Positions 1 through 9,517 of a DNA stretch of 64,000 nucleotides are shown here, piece by piece; position 1 is the first letter of the stretch, and each line of letters starts with the position of its first letter. Source of the DNA: Phenylobacterium sp. (GTDB lineage Bacteria > Pseudomonadota > Alphaproteobacteria > Caulobacterales > Caulobacteraceae); assembly GCF_030697925.1 (NCBI RefSeq), contig NZ_JAUYOJ010000002.1:3369-67368 (forward strand), read 5' to 3'. The notes under the pieces are model-generated. The model did not search any database, was not told the DNA's origin, and was given only the letters and a program-made list of their open reading frames with translations. The position numbers and the translations under genes are program-made.

Positions 1-138
1 GCGGGCGAACCGCCGATGCGGGCGGAGACCATCCACGACCGCGAGCGCAGGCGGTTGAAGATCATCCTGGTGGGCGGGCTGGACGTCACCCGCGACCTGC
101 TGAAGCTGATCAGCTTCTGGGCGGACGCCTACCGATGA
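1..138 (+). CDS. 3' end of a gene truncated by the window edge (hypothetical)
   Basis: Frame 1 is open from base 1 (AGEPPMRAETIHDRERRRLKIILVGGLDVTRDLLKLISFWADAYR*). Its TGA overlaps the next ATG (ATGA at 135-138). Confidence 0.6.
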   Translation, partial: AGEPPMRAETIHDRERRRLKIILVGGLDVTRDLLKLISFWADAYR

Positions 139-989
139 GCGCGATCTACAGGTCGCAGGCGGCTCAGGAAGCGGTCGAGGCGGCCTATCGCAAGGTGCTG
201 GACGCCTGGCCGGTCCCTAAGCAGGAGTTGCGGATTCCAACAGCCCGAGGCGAGACGTTCGTGGTCGTCTGCGGGCCCGAGGACGCCCCACCGCTGCTGG
301 CCTTCCACGGGGCCCAGGCCAACGCCGCGACGTGGATGTTCGACAGCGCCCACTGGTCGCAGAGCTTCCGCGTCTATTCTGTGGACGTACCCGGCGACGC
401 TGGGTTCAGCGCCCCTGTGCGGCCGCCGCTGGCTTCGGAGGCCTATGTCCGGTGGCTGGACGAGGTGATGGCGGCGCTCGGTGTCCAGCGGGCCTGCCTA
501 GTCGGCGTCTCGCTGGGCGGCTGGCTGGCCCTGGACTACGCAACGCGCCGGCCGGAACGGATCGAACGGCTGGCGGTGTTGTGCCCGGCGGGCGTGGGCG
601 CGCAGAAGAACTTTCTGCTGAAGGCGGCGCCCTTGTTGTTCATGGGAAAGTGGGGCCAGGAGAAGCTTCGCGAGATGGTGTTCGGTTCGTCATTGGACGA
701 ACTGCCGCCGGAAGCTCAGGGCTTCGTGGCCTTCACGACCCTGGTCGCGAGCAGCACGCGTCCGCGTCCGCTCAAGATCCCGGCCTTCAGCGACGCCGCC
801 CTGGCCCGCCTGACCATGCCGGTCCTGGCGATCGTCGGCGGCAAGGACGTCCTGCTGGACTCCGAAGGCACGCGGCGGCGGCTGGCGGCGCATGCGCCAG
901 GAGCAGATGTCCGCTACCTGCCGGAGGGGCGTCACGTCCTGCCGGGCCAGGCTCAGGCCATCTATGACTTCCTGCGAGGTGCGTCATGA
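135..989 (+). CDS. alpha/beta hydrolase
   Basis: Oxyanion-like FHG, nucleophile elbow GVSLG, acid GGKD and C-terminal GRH. Confidence 0.9.
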   Translation: MSAIYRSQAAQEAVEAAYRKVLDAWPVPKQELRIPTARGETFVVVCGPEDAPPLLAFHGAQANAATWMFDSAHWSQSFRVYSVDVPGDAGFSAPVRPPLASEAYVRWLDEVMAALGVQRACLVGVSLGGWLALDYATRRPERIERLAVLCPAGVGAQKNFLLKAAPLLFMGKWGQEKLREMVFGSSLDELPPEAQGFVAFTTLVASSTRPRPLKIPAFSDAALARLTMPVLAIVGGKDVLLDSEGTRRRLAAHAPGADVRYLPEGRHVLPGQAQAIYDFLRGAS

Positions 990-1354
990 GCGGCCTGATC
1001 CGAGAGATGGGCGAGGTGCGGGTGATGGTCCTCGGCGCCGAAGGCCTGCCCGTGCGCAGTGATCGCGACGCCATCGACCTGATCGGCGACGCGCTGGGGG
1101 CCGGCGTCGCATGGGCGGCGATCCCCGCCGAGCGTCTGGGCGAGGATTTCTTCGTGCTCTCCACGCGCATCGCCGGCGATGCGATCCAGAAGTTCGTCAA
1201 CTATGGGATCGGGCTGGCCGTGGTCGGCGATATCTCCCGCCACTTGGCGCACAGTGGCCCGCTGCGTGACTTCGTCTACGAGTCCAATCGCGGTCGCCAT
1301 GTCTGGTTCGTGGTCAGCCTGGACGAACTGGAAAGCCGCCTCGCCGCGGCTTGA
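986..1354 (+). CDS. DUF4180-like small protein
   Basis: Motifs DFFVLSTRIAGDAIQKFVNY and LRDFVYESNRG, recognised from memory; ATGA-coupled to the hydrolase. Confidence 0.75.
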   Translation: MSGLIREMGEVRVMVLGAEGLPVRSDRDAIDLIGDALGAGVAWAAIPAERLGEDFFVLSTRIAGDAIQKFVNYGIGLAVVGDISRHLAHSGPLRDFVYESNRGRHVWFVVSLDELESRLAAA

Positions 1355-1423
1355 GGCGAGGGATCACTTGTCAAAGGCGGGCGCGCACGGCTAGGGCAGG
1401 CCTCTGAGATTGAGGAGGGCCCC

Positions 1424-1711
1424 ATGGCCATCGACGCCGCGACCGTCCGTAAGGTCGCGAGGCTCGCGCGGATCGCCGAGCCCGAGGAAAAGCTGGAGGC
1501 TCTGGCCAAGGAGCTGACCGGCATCATGACTTGGATCGAGCAGCTCGCCGAGGTCGACACCGACGGTGTCGAGCCGATGACCTCGGCCGTTCACATGCCC
1601 GCGCCGATGCGCGAAGACGTGGTCACCGAGGGCGGGGACGCTTCCCAGGTGCTCTCCAACGCGCCCAAGACCATCGACGGCTTCTTCGTCGTGCCGAAGG
1701 TGGTGGAATAG
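1424..1711 (+). CDS. gatC: Asp/Glu-tRNA amidotransferase subunit C
   Basis: VRKVARLARI...LSNAP...FFVVPKVVE; RBS GAGGAGGG; abuts gatA. Confidence 0.97.
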   Translation: MAIDAATVRKVARLARIAEPEEKLEALAKELTGIMTWIEQLAEVDTDGVEPMTSAVHMPAPMREDVVTEGGDASQVLSNAPKTIDGFFVVPKVVE

Positions 1712-3184
1712 ATGACCGCGCTCACCTCGCTCACCCTGAAGGCCGCGCTGACCGGCCTCGCCGACAAGTCGTTCTCGTCGGAGGAACTCACCGCCGCCCA
1801 CGTGACGGCGGTGGAAGCCGCCCGCCCACTCAACGCCTTCATCCTGGAGACGCCCGAAAAGGCCATCGAGATGGCCAAGGCCTCAGACGCCCGCCGGGCG
1901 AAGGGTGAGGCCGGGGCGCTGGACGGCGCGCCGCTCGGGATCAAGGACCTGTTCTGCACCGAAGGGGTCCGCTCGACCGCCGGGTCGAACATCCTTGGCA
2001 ATTTCGTCCCGACCTACGAATCCACCGTCACCGCCAACCTGTGGCGCGACGGGGCCGTGATGCTGGGCAAGCTGAACCTGGACGAATTCGCCATGGGCTC
2101 GTCCAACGAGACCTCGGCCTTTGGTCCGGTGGTCAATCCCTGGCGCGCGGAGGGCGGCAACGCCAAGCTGACTCCCGGCGGCTCGTCGGGTGGGTCGGCC
2201 GCGGCGGTGGCGGCCGAACTCTGCCTAGGCGCGACGGCGACCGACACAGGCGGCTCGATCCGCCAGCCGGCCTCGTTCACCGGCACGGTGGGCATTAAGC
2301 CGACCTATGGCCGTTGCTCGCGCTGGGGCGTGGTGGCCTTCGCCTCGTCCCTGGACCAGGCCGGACCGATCGCCAAGACCGTCGAGGACGCGGCGATCCT
2401 CCTGAAGTCCATGTCCGGCCACGATGTGAAGGACTCCACCAGCCTGGACGTCGAGGTCCCGGACTTCGCCAGCTTCGTCGGCAAGTCGGTGAAGGGCCTG
2501 CGGATCGGTATTCCCAAGGAGTACCGGGTCGACGGCATGCCGGCCGAGATCGAGAAACTGTGGGAGCAGGGGATCGCCTGGCTGAAGGAGGCCGGCTGCG
2601 AGATCGTCGAGGTGTCCCTGCCGCACACGAAGTACGCCCTGCCGGCCTACTACATCGTGGCGCCGGCCGAGGCCTCCTCGAACCTGGCCCGCTACGACGG
2701 CATGCGGTTTGGGCTGCGCGAAGACGGCGCCAACCTCACCGAGACCTATGAGAAGACCCGCGCCGCGGGCTTCGGCGCGGAGGTCAAGCGCCGCATACTG
2801 ATCGGCACCTATGTGCTCTCGGCCGGCTATTACGACGCCTACTACCTGAAGGCGCTCAAGGTCCGCCGCCGCATCGCCGACGACTTCGACCGGGCCTTCC
2901 AGAAGGTCGACGCCCTGCTGACGCCCACGGCCCCGTCGGCCGCCTTCGGGCTCGGCGAGAACGCGGACGATCCGGTGGCCATGTACCTGAACGACATCTT
3001 CACGGTGACGGTGAACCTGGCGGGCCTGCCCGGCATGAGCATTCCCGCCGGCGTCGACGCCAAGGGCCTGCCGCTCGGCCTGCAGCTGATCGGCAAGGCG
3101 CTGGATGAGGGGACGTTGTTCTCCCTGGGCGGCGCCATCGAGAAGGCCGCCGACTTCCGCGCCAAGCCGGCGCGGTGGTGGTAG
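1712..3184 (+). CDS. gatA: Asp/Glu-tRNA amidotransferase subunit A
   Basis: Amidase signature [32 protein letters not shown]. Confidence 0.98.
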   Translation: MTALTSLTLKAALTGLADKSFSSEELTAAHVTAVEAARPLNAFILETPEKAIEMAKASDARRAKGEAGALDGAPLGIKDLFCTEGVRSTAGSNILGNFVPTYESTVTANLWRDGAVMLGKLNLDEFAMGSSNETSAFGPVVNPWRAEGGNAKLTPGGSSGGSAAAVAAELCLGATATDTGGSIRQPASFTGTVGIKPTYGRCSRWGVVAFASSLDQAGPIAKTVEDAAILLKSMSGHDVKDSTSLDVEVPDFASFVGKSVKGLRIGIPKEYRVDGMPAEIEKLWEQGIAWLKEAGCEIVEVSLPHTKYALPAYYIVAPAEASSNLARYDGMRFGLREDGANLTETYEKTRAAGFGAEVKRRILIGTYVLSAGYYDAYYLKALKVRRRIADDFDRAFQKVDALLTPTAPSAAFGLGENADDPVAMYLNDIFTVTVNLAGLPGMSIPAGVDAKGLPLGLQLIGKALDEGTLFSLGGAIEKAADFRAKPARWW

Positions 3185-3194
3185 GCGGCGCGCC

Positions 3195-3524
3195 CTAGAC
3201 GGCCGCTAGCGACCCGACGCGCGGCGGCGTCGCGGCCTCGTAGACGAACGGCCCCGTCATTTCCCCGAAGCTGAACAGGCGGAAGGCGCGGGCGCCGTCG
3301 AAATCCAGCACCCGTAGGTCATCGGTCTCCGAGAGGCCGCGCGCGACGATATCGAAATGCATGCCATAGCGCGCCTTGGCCAAGCCTAACGGGACGCTGT
3401 AGGCGAGGAACTTGTCGACCCCCTTAGCCGCGAGTTTCTCAAGCAGGTCGGGGTCCTCGATCGAGGCATGCGAGGTGAGGATCACCAGCGGGCCGCTGCC
3501 AGCGAACAGGATGAATACGTTCAT
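3195..3524 (-). CDS. small conserved-looking cytosolic hypothetical protein
   Basis: 109-aa ORF with protein-like composition, RBS-like AGGAG, 25 nt downstream of the SPFH gene on the same strand. Confidence 0.75.
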   Translation of the reverse strand: MNVFILFAGSGPLVILTSHASIEDPDLLEKLAAKGVDKFLAYSVPLGLAKARYGMHFDIVARGLSETDDLRVLDFDGARAFRLFSFGEMTGPFVYEAATPPRVGSLAAV

Positions 3525-3549
3525 GGTTTGCTCCTTCCTTGCCGGGAGG

Positions 3550-4467
3550 TCAGGCGGCTGGCCGCACGACGGCGGGCTTGGGCGCGCGGGCCTTGGCGAG
3601 CTGGAGCGCGAGCGCGGTGGTTCCCGCCAGGCCGCCCAAATTCATGGTCTCCACCGCCGTCGAGGGCACGACGACAATGGTCGAGTTCTGTTTGAGGCCT
3701 TCATAGAGCATGTTCATGGCCCGCAGGTGGAAGGCCGCGGGGTCGTCGGCGTAGGTCCTGGCCGCCTCCTTGAACTTCTCGGCCACTTGGCGTTCGGAGT
3801 CGCCCAGGATGATCCGTGCTTGGCGCTCGCGCTCGGCCTGGGCCTGCATGGACATGGCGTCTTCCAGGGACGCCGGGATGAGGACATCCTTCAGTTCGAC
3901 GGAGATGACGTTGATCCCCCATGGCTGGCTGCGTTCGTCGATGATCCGGCCCAATTCCCGGCTGATCTTTTCGCGACCCTCCAGCATATCGGCCAGCATG
4001 GTCTTGCCGATGACGTCGCGCAGGGCGGTCTGCGAAGCCCATGCGATGGCGTTGCCGTAGTCCTCGACGTCCAGCGCGGCCTTTTCCGGATCAACGACCT
4101 TCCAGAACAGGACGGCGTCCACATCGACCGGAACGGTGTCTTTGGTGAGGGTTTTCTCGGCCTTGAACGATGAGGTGATCACCCGGATATCGATCCAGTA
4201 GGCGATGGCGTCGACGATGGGGATTATGAAGAACAGACCCGGTCCCCTGAGGGCCCGGAAACGTCCCAGGCGCAGGACCACAGCCCGCTCCCACTGGCTG
4301 GCGACCTTTGTCGCGGTCCCCAGTAGCACGGCGCAGGTCAGGAAGAGGCCTTCGACCCAGATGGCGGCCGTCAGGCCACCGCCGGCGTAGGCCAGATAGG
4401 CCGTTCCCACCCCCAGGGCGGAGGTTAGGAAGAATAGGGCTGTGGGAACGCCGCTGGCCTGTCGCAT
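3550..4467 (-). CDS. SPFH/band-7 (stomatin/slipin) family protein
   Basis: N-terminal hydrophobic segments; ERAVVLRLG, GPGLFFIIP, TKDTVPVDVDAV, AQAERERQARII. Confidence 0.92.
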   Translation of the reverse strand: MRQASGVPTALFFLTSALGVGTAYLAYAGGGLTAAIWVEGLFLTCAVLLGTATKVASQWERAVVLRLGRFRALRGPGLFFIIPIVDAIAYWIDIRVITSSFKAEKTLTKDTVPVDVDAVLFWKVVDPEKAALDVEDYGNAIAWASQTALRDVIGKTMLADMLEGREKISRELGRIIDERSQPWGINVISVELKDVLIPASLEDAMSMQAQAERERQARIILGDSERQVAEKFKEAARTYADDPAAFHLRAMNMLYEGLKQNSTIVVVPSTAVETMNLGGLAGTTALALQLAKARAPKPAVVRPAA

Positions 4468-4587
4468 GGGACCTGCCTTCCGCTTGCGAGGCGCGGACGC
4501 CCCGGCGTCCGTTGCGTCGGGACCGGCCTTGCGGAGTAAACGCCGCGGCCCCGGTCAAGGTTGCCGTCTCGCTGTCCGGGAAACAGC

Positions 4588-4618
4588 AACAAAAAACCCC
4601 CGCCCGGTGAGGCGGGGT
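4588..4618 (-). terminator. Rho-independent terminator downstream of the small secreted protein gene
   Basis: GC-rich hairpin (ccccgcc/ggcgggg) followed on the minus strand by TTTTTTGTT. Confidence 0.75.
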
Positions 4619-4644
4619 CTCTCGTCTCGCGACGGTGTGTCGGC

Positions 4645-4971
4645 CTATTTGACCTTGTCGAGATCGGACTGCAGGGCGACCAGCATTTCATCGGTGATCG
4701 CGCCCTGGGACAGCGGCTGGAGCTGTTTCAGGGTCATTTCCTTGAACTGGTCATAGGCCGGATGGCTGGCCAGCTGCGGGATGTGCTTGTCGACCACGGC
4801 CTTGGTGGTCGGGTTGTCGACGAGCTGCATAACCGGGGTCGCGTCCACGGAGGCGGGGGCGGGCGCCGCGGCCGGCGCGGCGGCGGCGTCCTGGGCCAGG
4901 ACAGGCGCGGCGGCGAGCGCGCCGAACGACATGGACAGGCCGGCGAGGCCTGCGGCGAGCATCTTGTTCAT
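4645..4971 (-). CDS. small secreted protein (108 aa), Ala/Pro linker plus helical domain
   Basis: True start is ATG at 4971 inside the long antisense ORF; signal peptide MNKMLAAGLAGLSMSFGALAAAPVLA-QD; terminator follows. Confidence 0.8.
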   Translation of the reverse strand: MNKMLAAGLAGLSMSFGALAAAPVLAQDAAAAPAAAPAPASVDATPVMQLVDNPTTKAVVDKHIPQLASHPAYDQFKEMTLKQLQPLSQGAITDEMLVALQSDLDKVK

Positions 4972-5091
4972 GGGTGGTTTCCTAATCCCCGAATGGTCTT
5001 GAGCGCGGATTTCGCCTCCGTTTCCGTCCGCGTGCAAGGGATATCGCACAGCCGGCTTCCGCTCGCCCGCGACCGGCGCTAGTAGAGCCTC

Positions 5092-6585
5092 ATGACTGAG
5101 ACCTCCAAGTTGATAGAGGGCCGCACCGGCCCGTGGGAAATGGTTCTGGGCCTGGAGATCCACGCCCAGGTGGCCTCGAACGCCAAGCTGTTCTCCGGCG
5201 CGGCCGTGGGCTTCGGCGCGGGGCCCAACCAGCAGGTCAGCCTGGTGGACGTGGCCATGCCCGGCATGCTGCCGGTCATCAACCGCCACTGCGTCGAGCA
5301 GGCGGTGAAGACCGGCCTTGGCCTCAAGGCCCAGATCAACCTCAAGAGCCATTTCGACCGGAAGAACTATTTCTATCCGGACCTGCCGCAGGGCTATCAG
5401 ATCAGCCAGTACAAGCACCCGATCGTCGGCGAGGGCGTGGTCATCGTCGAGCACGACGACGGCTCGACCTTCAATGTCCGGATCGAGCGCCTGCACCTGG
5501 AGCAGGACGCCGGCAAGAGCCTGCACGACCAGGACCCCAACGCCACCTATATGGACTTTAACCGGGCGGGCACGGCTCTGATGGAGATCGTGTCGATGCC
5601 CGACATGCGCTCGTCGGCCGAGGCCGCGGCCTATGTGAAGAAGGTCCGCACCATCCTGGTCTATCTGGGCACCTGCGACGGCGACATGGAGAAGGGCAAC
5701 CTGCGCGCCGACGTGAACGTGTCGGTTTGCCGCCCGGGCGACTACGAGAAGTTCCGCGAGACCGGCAGCTTCAGCCACTTGGGCACCCGCTGCGAGATCA
5801 AGAACGTCAATTCCTACCGCTACATCCAGCAGGCCATCGAGTACGAGGCCCGCCGCCAGATCGAGATCCTGGAGGACGGGGGCAAGATCGACCAGGAAAC
5901 CCGGCTGTTCGACCCGAACAAGCTGGAGACCCGTTCGATGCGGTCGAAGGAAGAGGCGCACGACTATCGCTACTTCCCCGATCCCGATCTGCTGCCGCTG
6001 GACCTCGACCCGGCCTGGGTGAAGCGGATCGAGGAAAGCCTGCCGGAGCTGCCGGACGCCAAGAAGGCCCGCCTGCAATCGCAGTACGGCCTGTCGGCCT
6101 ATGATGCCGGGGTGCTGATCATCGAGCAGGCCCGGTCCGACTTCTTCGAGGAAGCCGCCAAGGGCCGCGACGCCAAGCTGACCGCCAACTGGGTGACCAA
6201 CGAACTGGCCGCGCGGCTGGCCGCCGCCAATCTGGAGATCGGCGACAGCCCGCTGAAGCCCGACGCCATCGCCGAGCTGGTGGCCCTGATCGAGGAGGGG
6301 GTCATCTCCTCCAAGATCGCCAAGGACGTCTTTGAGCGGATGTGGGCCGGCGAGGGGCGCCCGCGCGAGATCGTCGAGAAGCAGGGCCTGCAGCAGGTCT
6401 CCGACACCGGGGCGCTGGAGAAGATCATCGAGGACCTGATCGCCGCCAATCCGGGCCAGGCGGCCTCGGTCAGGGAAAAGCCCCAGGCCATCGGCTGGTT
6501 CGTCGGCCAGGTCATGAAGGCCACCGGCGGCAAGGCCAATCCCGGGACGGTCAATCAGCTCCTGAAAGCGAAGCTGGGGCTCTAG
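5092..6585 (+). CDS. gatB: Asp/Glu-tRNA amidotransferase subunit B
   Basis: [37 protein letters not shown]-terminal YqeY-like domain. Confidence 0.98.
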   Translation: MTETSKLIEGRTGPWEMVLGLEIHAQVASNAKLFSGAAVGFGAGPNQQVSLVDVAMPGMLPVINRHCVEQAVKTGLGLKAQINLKSHFDRKNYFYPDLPQGYQISQYKHPIVGEGVVIVEHDDGSTFNVRIERLHLEQDAGKSLHDQDPNATYMDFNRAGTALMEIVSMPDMRSSAEAAAYVKKVRTILVYLGTCDGDMEKGNLRADVNVSVCRPGDYEKFRETGSFSHLGTRCEIKNVNSYRYIQQAIEYEARRQIEILEDGGKIDQETRLFDPNKLETRSMRSKEEAHDYRYFPDPDLLPLDLDPAWVKRIEESLPELPDAKKARLQSQYGLSAYDAGVLIIEQARSDFFEEAAKGRDAKLTANWVTNELAARLAAANLEIGDSPLKPDAIAELVALIEEGVISSKIAKDVFERMWAGEGRPREIVEKQGLQQVSDTGALEKIIEDLIAANPGQAASVREKPQAIGWFVGQVMKATGGKANPGTVNQLLKAKLGL

Positions 6586-6594
6586 ATTCGCGAG

Positions 6595-7344
6595 CTAGGC
6601 CTTCACCGCCTCGACCAGATAGCGCGTGTAGGTGAAGCTCAGCGGCTCGCCGGCCTCTGCTCCCGCCTGGAGCGCCTCGAGGACTTGCCGGTGTCGATCG
6701 ACGTCGAAGTCCTGAACGACCCAGGGAATGGCCTTGAGGAAATACGCCAGGGCTCCGACGTCGCTGAAGGTGACGGCGCCGCGCCAGGTCTCGGCCCGGC
6801 GCACCTCGCACCCGAGAACGCGAAGGTCGTCGACGACCCGATCCAGGGTGTTGCCGGGGTAGGCGAGGGGCGCGCCAAATGCTTCCGCCAGGTCGGCTAG
6901 GTTGTCTCCCGCCACCTGCTGGGTGAGGAAGACGCCGCCTGGCTGAAGCACGCGGACCATTTCGGCGGCCCGGAAACCGCCATGGCGGTTGAGGATCAGG
7001 TCGAATGACCCGTCGTCAAAGGGCATGCCCGCGCGGGCGCCGCCCCTGAAGACCTGCACGCCCAGCGGCTCCAGCCTAGCTCGGGCGATCGGCAGGTTCG
7101 GTTCGAAGCCTTCGACGGCCCGGGCGCGGCCGGGGAAAGGCGCCAGGGATGACAGGATTTCTCCACCCCCGGTGGCGACATCGAGCAGGTCGGTGGACTG
7201 GCAAATCGCCGCCCTGGCCAAAGCCAGATAGTCCCACACGGGTTCGGCCTCGACCATGCGGTCCTTGAGGTAGGAGAAGTCCCAACCCTCGAACGGCGCG
7301 GCCGCGTCGCGTCTCCACTGCTCCAGGCGTGCGTCGCCGGTCAT
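6595..7344 (-). CDS. class I SAM-dependent methyltransferase
   Basis: LLDVATGGGE motif I, PFDDGSFDLI, VLQPGGVF; start ATG at 7344 with RBS-like sequence. Confidence 0.85.
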   Translation of the reverse strand: MTGDARLEQWRRDAAAPFEGWDFSYLKDRMVEAEPVWDYLALARAAICQSTDLLDVATGGGEILSSLAPFPGRARAVEGFEPNLPIARARLEPLGVQVFRGGARAGMPFDDGSFDLILNRHGGFRAAEMVRVLQPGGVFLTQQVAGDNLADLAEAFGAPLAYPGNTLDRVVDDLRVLGCEVRRAETWRGAVTFSDVGALAYFLKAIPWVVQDFDVDRHRQVLEALQAGAEAGEPLSFTYTRYLVEAVKA

Positions 7345-7358
7345 CGCGAGGGAGCTAC

Positions 7359-8702
7359 CTAGCTCTCGGGCGTAAACGCCACGCCGAGCTGCCGAACGGC
7401 GTGGACGAAGTTGTTCGGGGCGATGTCGATCTCGCCGGTCCAGGCGATGTCGGGGAAGCGCGCCAGGATTTGGCGGTAGGCCTCCTCGAGCTGGATCTGG
7501 GCCACGCGCTTGCCGATGCAGACATGGGGGCCGTAGCCGAAGGCGATGTGCTTGTCGGCGTTGGCGCGCCCGACGTCCAGGCGGTCGGGGTCTGCGAACA
7601 CGGCCTCGTCCCGGTTGGCCGCGCCGTAGTACATGATCACCTTCTCGCCCTCGCCGATCATCTGGCCGCCCAGCTCGACGTCGCGGGTGGCGGTCCGGCG
7701 CATGTAGATCACCGGGCTCACCATCCGGATGAACTCGTTGGCCGCATTGGGCAGCAGCGACGGATCGGCGATCAGCCGGGCCTTTTGGTCCGGGAACTCC
7801 GTCAGCAGCTTCATGGCGCCGGAGAGCGTATTGCGGGTGGTGTCGTTGCCGGCGAAGACGATCAGCAGCCAGGAGCCGTCCAGGAACTCGTCCGACAGGA
7901 GTTCCCCGTCCACCTGGGCCCGGGCTATGGCGGACATCAGGTCGGGCTGCGGGTCGAGCCGGCGCTTGCGCAGCATGACCCGGCCGTATTCGAACATCTC
8001 CGAGACATTGGCGTTGAAGGCGTCGATGAAGGCCTGGACCTCTGGCGGAAGGTTGGCCATGTCCAACTGGCCCTCGCCGGACTGCTCGCCGGCGATGTTC
8101 TGGGCCAGTTCCAGGAAGTGCATCCAGCCCAGGAACTTGGGCCGGTCGGCCTCGGGCACGCCCAGGATCTCGCACAGGGTGTAGAGTGGCAGGTGGGCCG
8201 AGAAGTTCGAGACCAGGTCGCAGCGGCCCTTCTTGGCCATGTCGTCCAGCAGCCGGGTCACCTCCGCCGACACTCTGTCTGTCAGTCCGCGCAGATAGGA
8301 TGGCGTGAAGTACGGCATGTGCTCGCGGCGCAGGGCCATGTGCGGCGGGCCGTCCAGGTTGATCATGGCGTCGAGACTGGCGCGGTGGAGCTGGCCGTGG
8401 CGGCCTTCCGGCTCGCCGTAGCCCATCAGGATGCCGCCCTTTTGCGACGAGAAGGTCACCGGATCGGCGTCCACCGTCATGACGTCGGCGTGGCGGGTCA
8501 CCGCCCAGAAGCCCGGGCCGCCTCTGGGCTCGGGATGCCACATCACCGGGGCGTCTCGGCGCAGGCGCGCATAGGCGTTGAAGGGCTGGCCGCCGGTGAA
8601 GCTACCCGCGTCGGCCAGATCGACGCCGGAGAGGGGCGGGTAGGCGACAGCATGGGTGGGTCCGATCCGCCCTTCCACATAGGTGTTGCTGATCAGGTCC
8701 AT
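7359..8702 (-). CDS. cytochrome P450
   Basis: I-helix FAGNDTT, ExxR (EFIR), heme-ligand FGYGPHVCIG. Confidence 0.97.
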   Translation of the reverse strand: MDLISNTYVEGRIGPTHAVAYPPLSGVDLADAGSFTGGQPFNAYARLRRDAPVMWHPEPRGGPGFWAVTRHADVMTVDADPVTFSSQKGGILMGYGEPEGRHGQLHRASLDAMINLDGPPHMALRREHMPYFTPSYLRGLTDRVSAEVTRLLDDMAKKGRCDLVSNFSAHLPLYTLCEILGVPEADRPKFLGWMHFLELAQNIAGEQSGEGQLDMANLPPEVQAFIDAFNANVSEMFEYGRVMLRKRRLDPQPDLMSAIARAQVDGELLSDEFLDGSWLLIVFAGNDTTRNTLSGAMKLLTEFPDQKARLIADPSLLPNAANEFIRMVSPVIYMRRTATRDVELGGQMIGEGEKVIMYYGAANRDEAVFADPDRLDVGRANADKHIAFGYGPHVCIGKRVAQIQLEEAYRQILARFPDIAWTGEIDIAPNNFVHAVRQLGVAFTPES

Positions 8703-8784
8703 GGCGTTCCTCCCGCCTTATCTGGCGATAGAGGATAGCGTTTTGCCGGGCGGCCGAAAGCCTGACCCTACGGCGCCCGCGGCA

Positions 8785-8816
8785 ACAAAAGCGCCCCGGA
8801 GCGGAGCTCCGGGGCG
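8785..8816 (-). terminator. Rho-independent terminator after the RcnB-like gene
   Basis: 11-bp stem cgccccggagc/gctccggggcg, 3-nt loop, TTTTGTT on the minus strand. Confidence 0.8.
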
Positions 8817-8844
8817 GGACGTGGATCGGTTCCGGATATTCGGC

Positions 8845-9363
8845 TCAGTTGTTGGCGATGATGTCGAAGATCACGCCGCTGGCCAAGGCGGCCAGCAGGT
8901 AATCGTCGCCGACCCGGTACCAGGCATAGCCGCGCGGCGGCTGGCGAAGGTGGTAGCGGTGATAGTCGTGTACGACGTAGGTCCGGTAGTACGGCGGCAG
9001 GTGCGACCCTCGGCGCCAGGCAGCGTAGCCCGGGCGATAATAGGGGTTGCCGTAATAGGCCTGGGGCGGCGGGCCGTAGTACCAGCGGTTGTTGTAGTAG
9101 TAGCCGTTGTGGCGGCCGCGATTCCAGCTGCTATAGCCGCCGCGTCGGTCGTCGCGACGGTCCTCGCGGCGATCCCAGCGGTCCTCGCGGCGGTCCCAGC
9201 GACCGCCATCATGACGATTGTCCCAACGGTCCTCACGGCGGTCCCAGCGGTCCTCGCGGTGATCGCGCCGGCCGCGGTCATCCGCATAGGCGGAGGTGGC
9301 GCTGGCCGCGATGGGGCCGGCGACGGCGGCGGCGACCGCTAGGCTGAGAATAAGGCGCTTCAT
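8845..9363 (-). CDS. RcnB-family secreted protein with Arg/Asp-rich repeats
   Basis: Signal peptide; C-terminal WRRG.HLP..YR...V.DY.RYHLRQPPRGYAWYRVGDDYLL pattern typical of RcnB/DUF3315. Confidence 0.85.
   Translation of the reverse strand: MKRLILSLAVAAAVAGPIAASATSAYADDRGRRDHREDRWDRREDRWDNRHDGGRWDRREDRWDRREDRRDDRRGGYSSWNRGRHNGYYYNNRWYYGPPPQAYYGNPYYRPGYAAWRRGSHLPPYYRTYVVHDYHRYHLRQPPRGYAWYRVGDDYLLAALASGVIFDIIANN
9146..9268 (-). repeat. imperfect 21-bp tandem repeats encoding (RREDRWD)n
   Basis: cggtcctcgcggcg(a/g)tcccag occurs about four times in two pairs. Confidence 0.8.
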
Positions 9364-9421
9364 GGCGATGACCTCCTTTCGGAAGGTTTGGTGTCCCAGG
9401 CGCTAACCCTGAGTGCTCCCG

Positions 9422-9439
9422 CCTGAACTCGACCTGAAC
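9422..9439 (-). promoter_or_regulatory. direct repeat GTTCAGG-N4-GTTCAGG (11-bp period), candidate OmpR/PhoB-type operator
   Basis: CCTGAAC at 9422-9428 and 9433-9439, about 60 nt upstream of the RcnB-like start. Confidence 0.45.
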
Positions 9440-9517
9440 GGAACTGTCAGCTTGACGGTTGCGCTTGGCGGCGCATCCGCCATGTATGAGCCCGTGGCCG
9501 CATCCGGGAGAGAACAC

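Noticed and set aside
9146-9268. CRISPR-like array
   Set aside because: The repeats are in-frame coding units without unique spacers, and no cas genes are present.
9440-9465. GGAAC-N17-CGCT upstream of the GST gene
   Set aside because: It has a mismatch in the -10 element and overlaps the direct repeat of the divergent gene; too weak to call.
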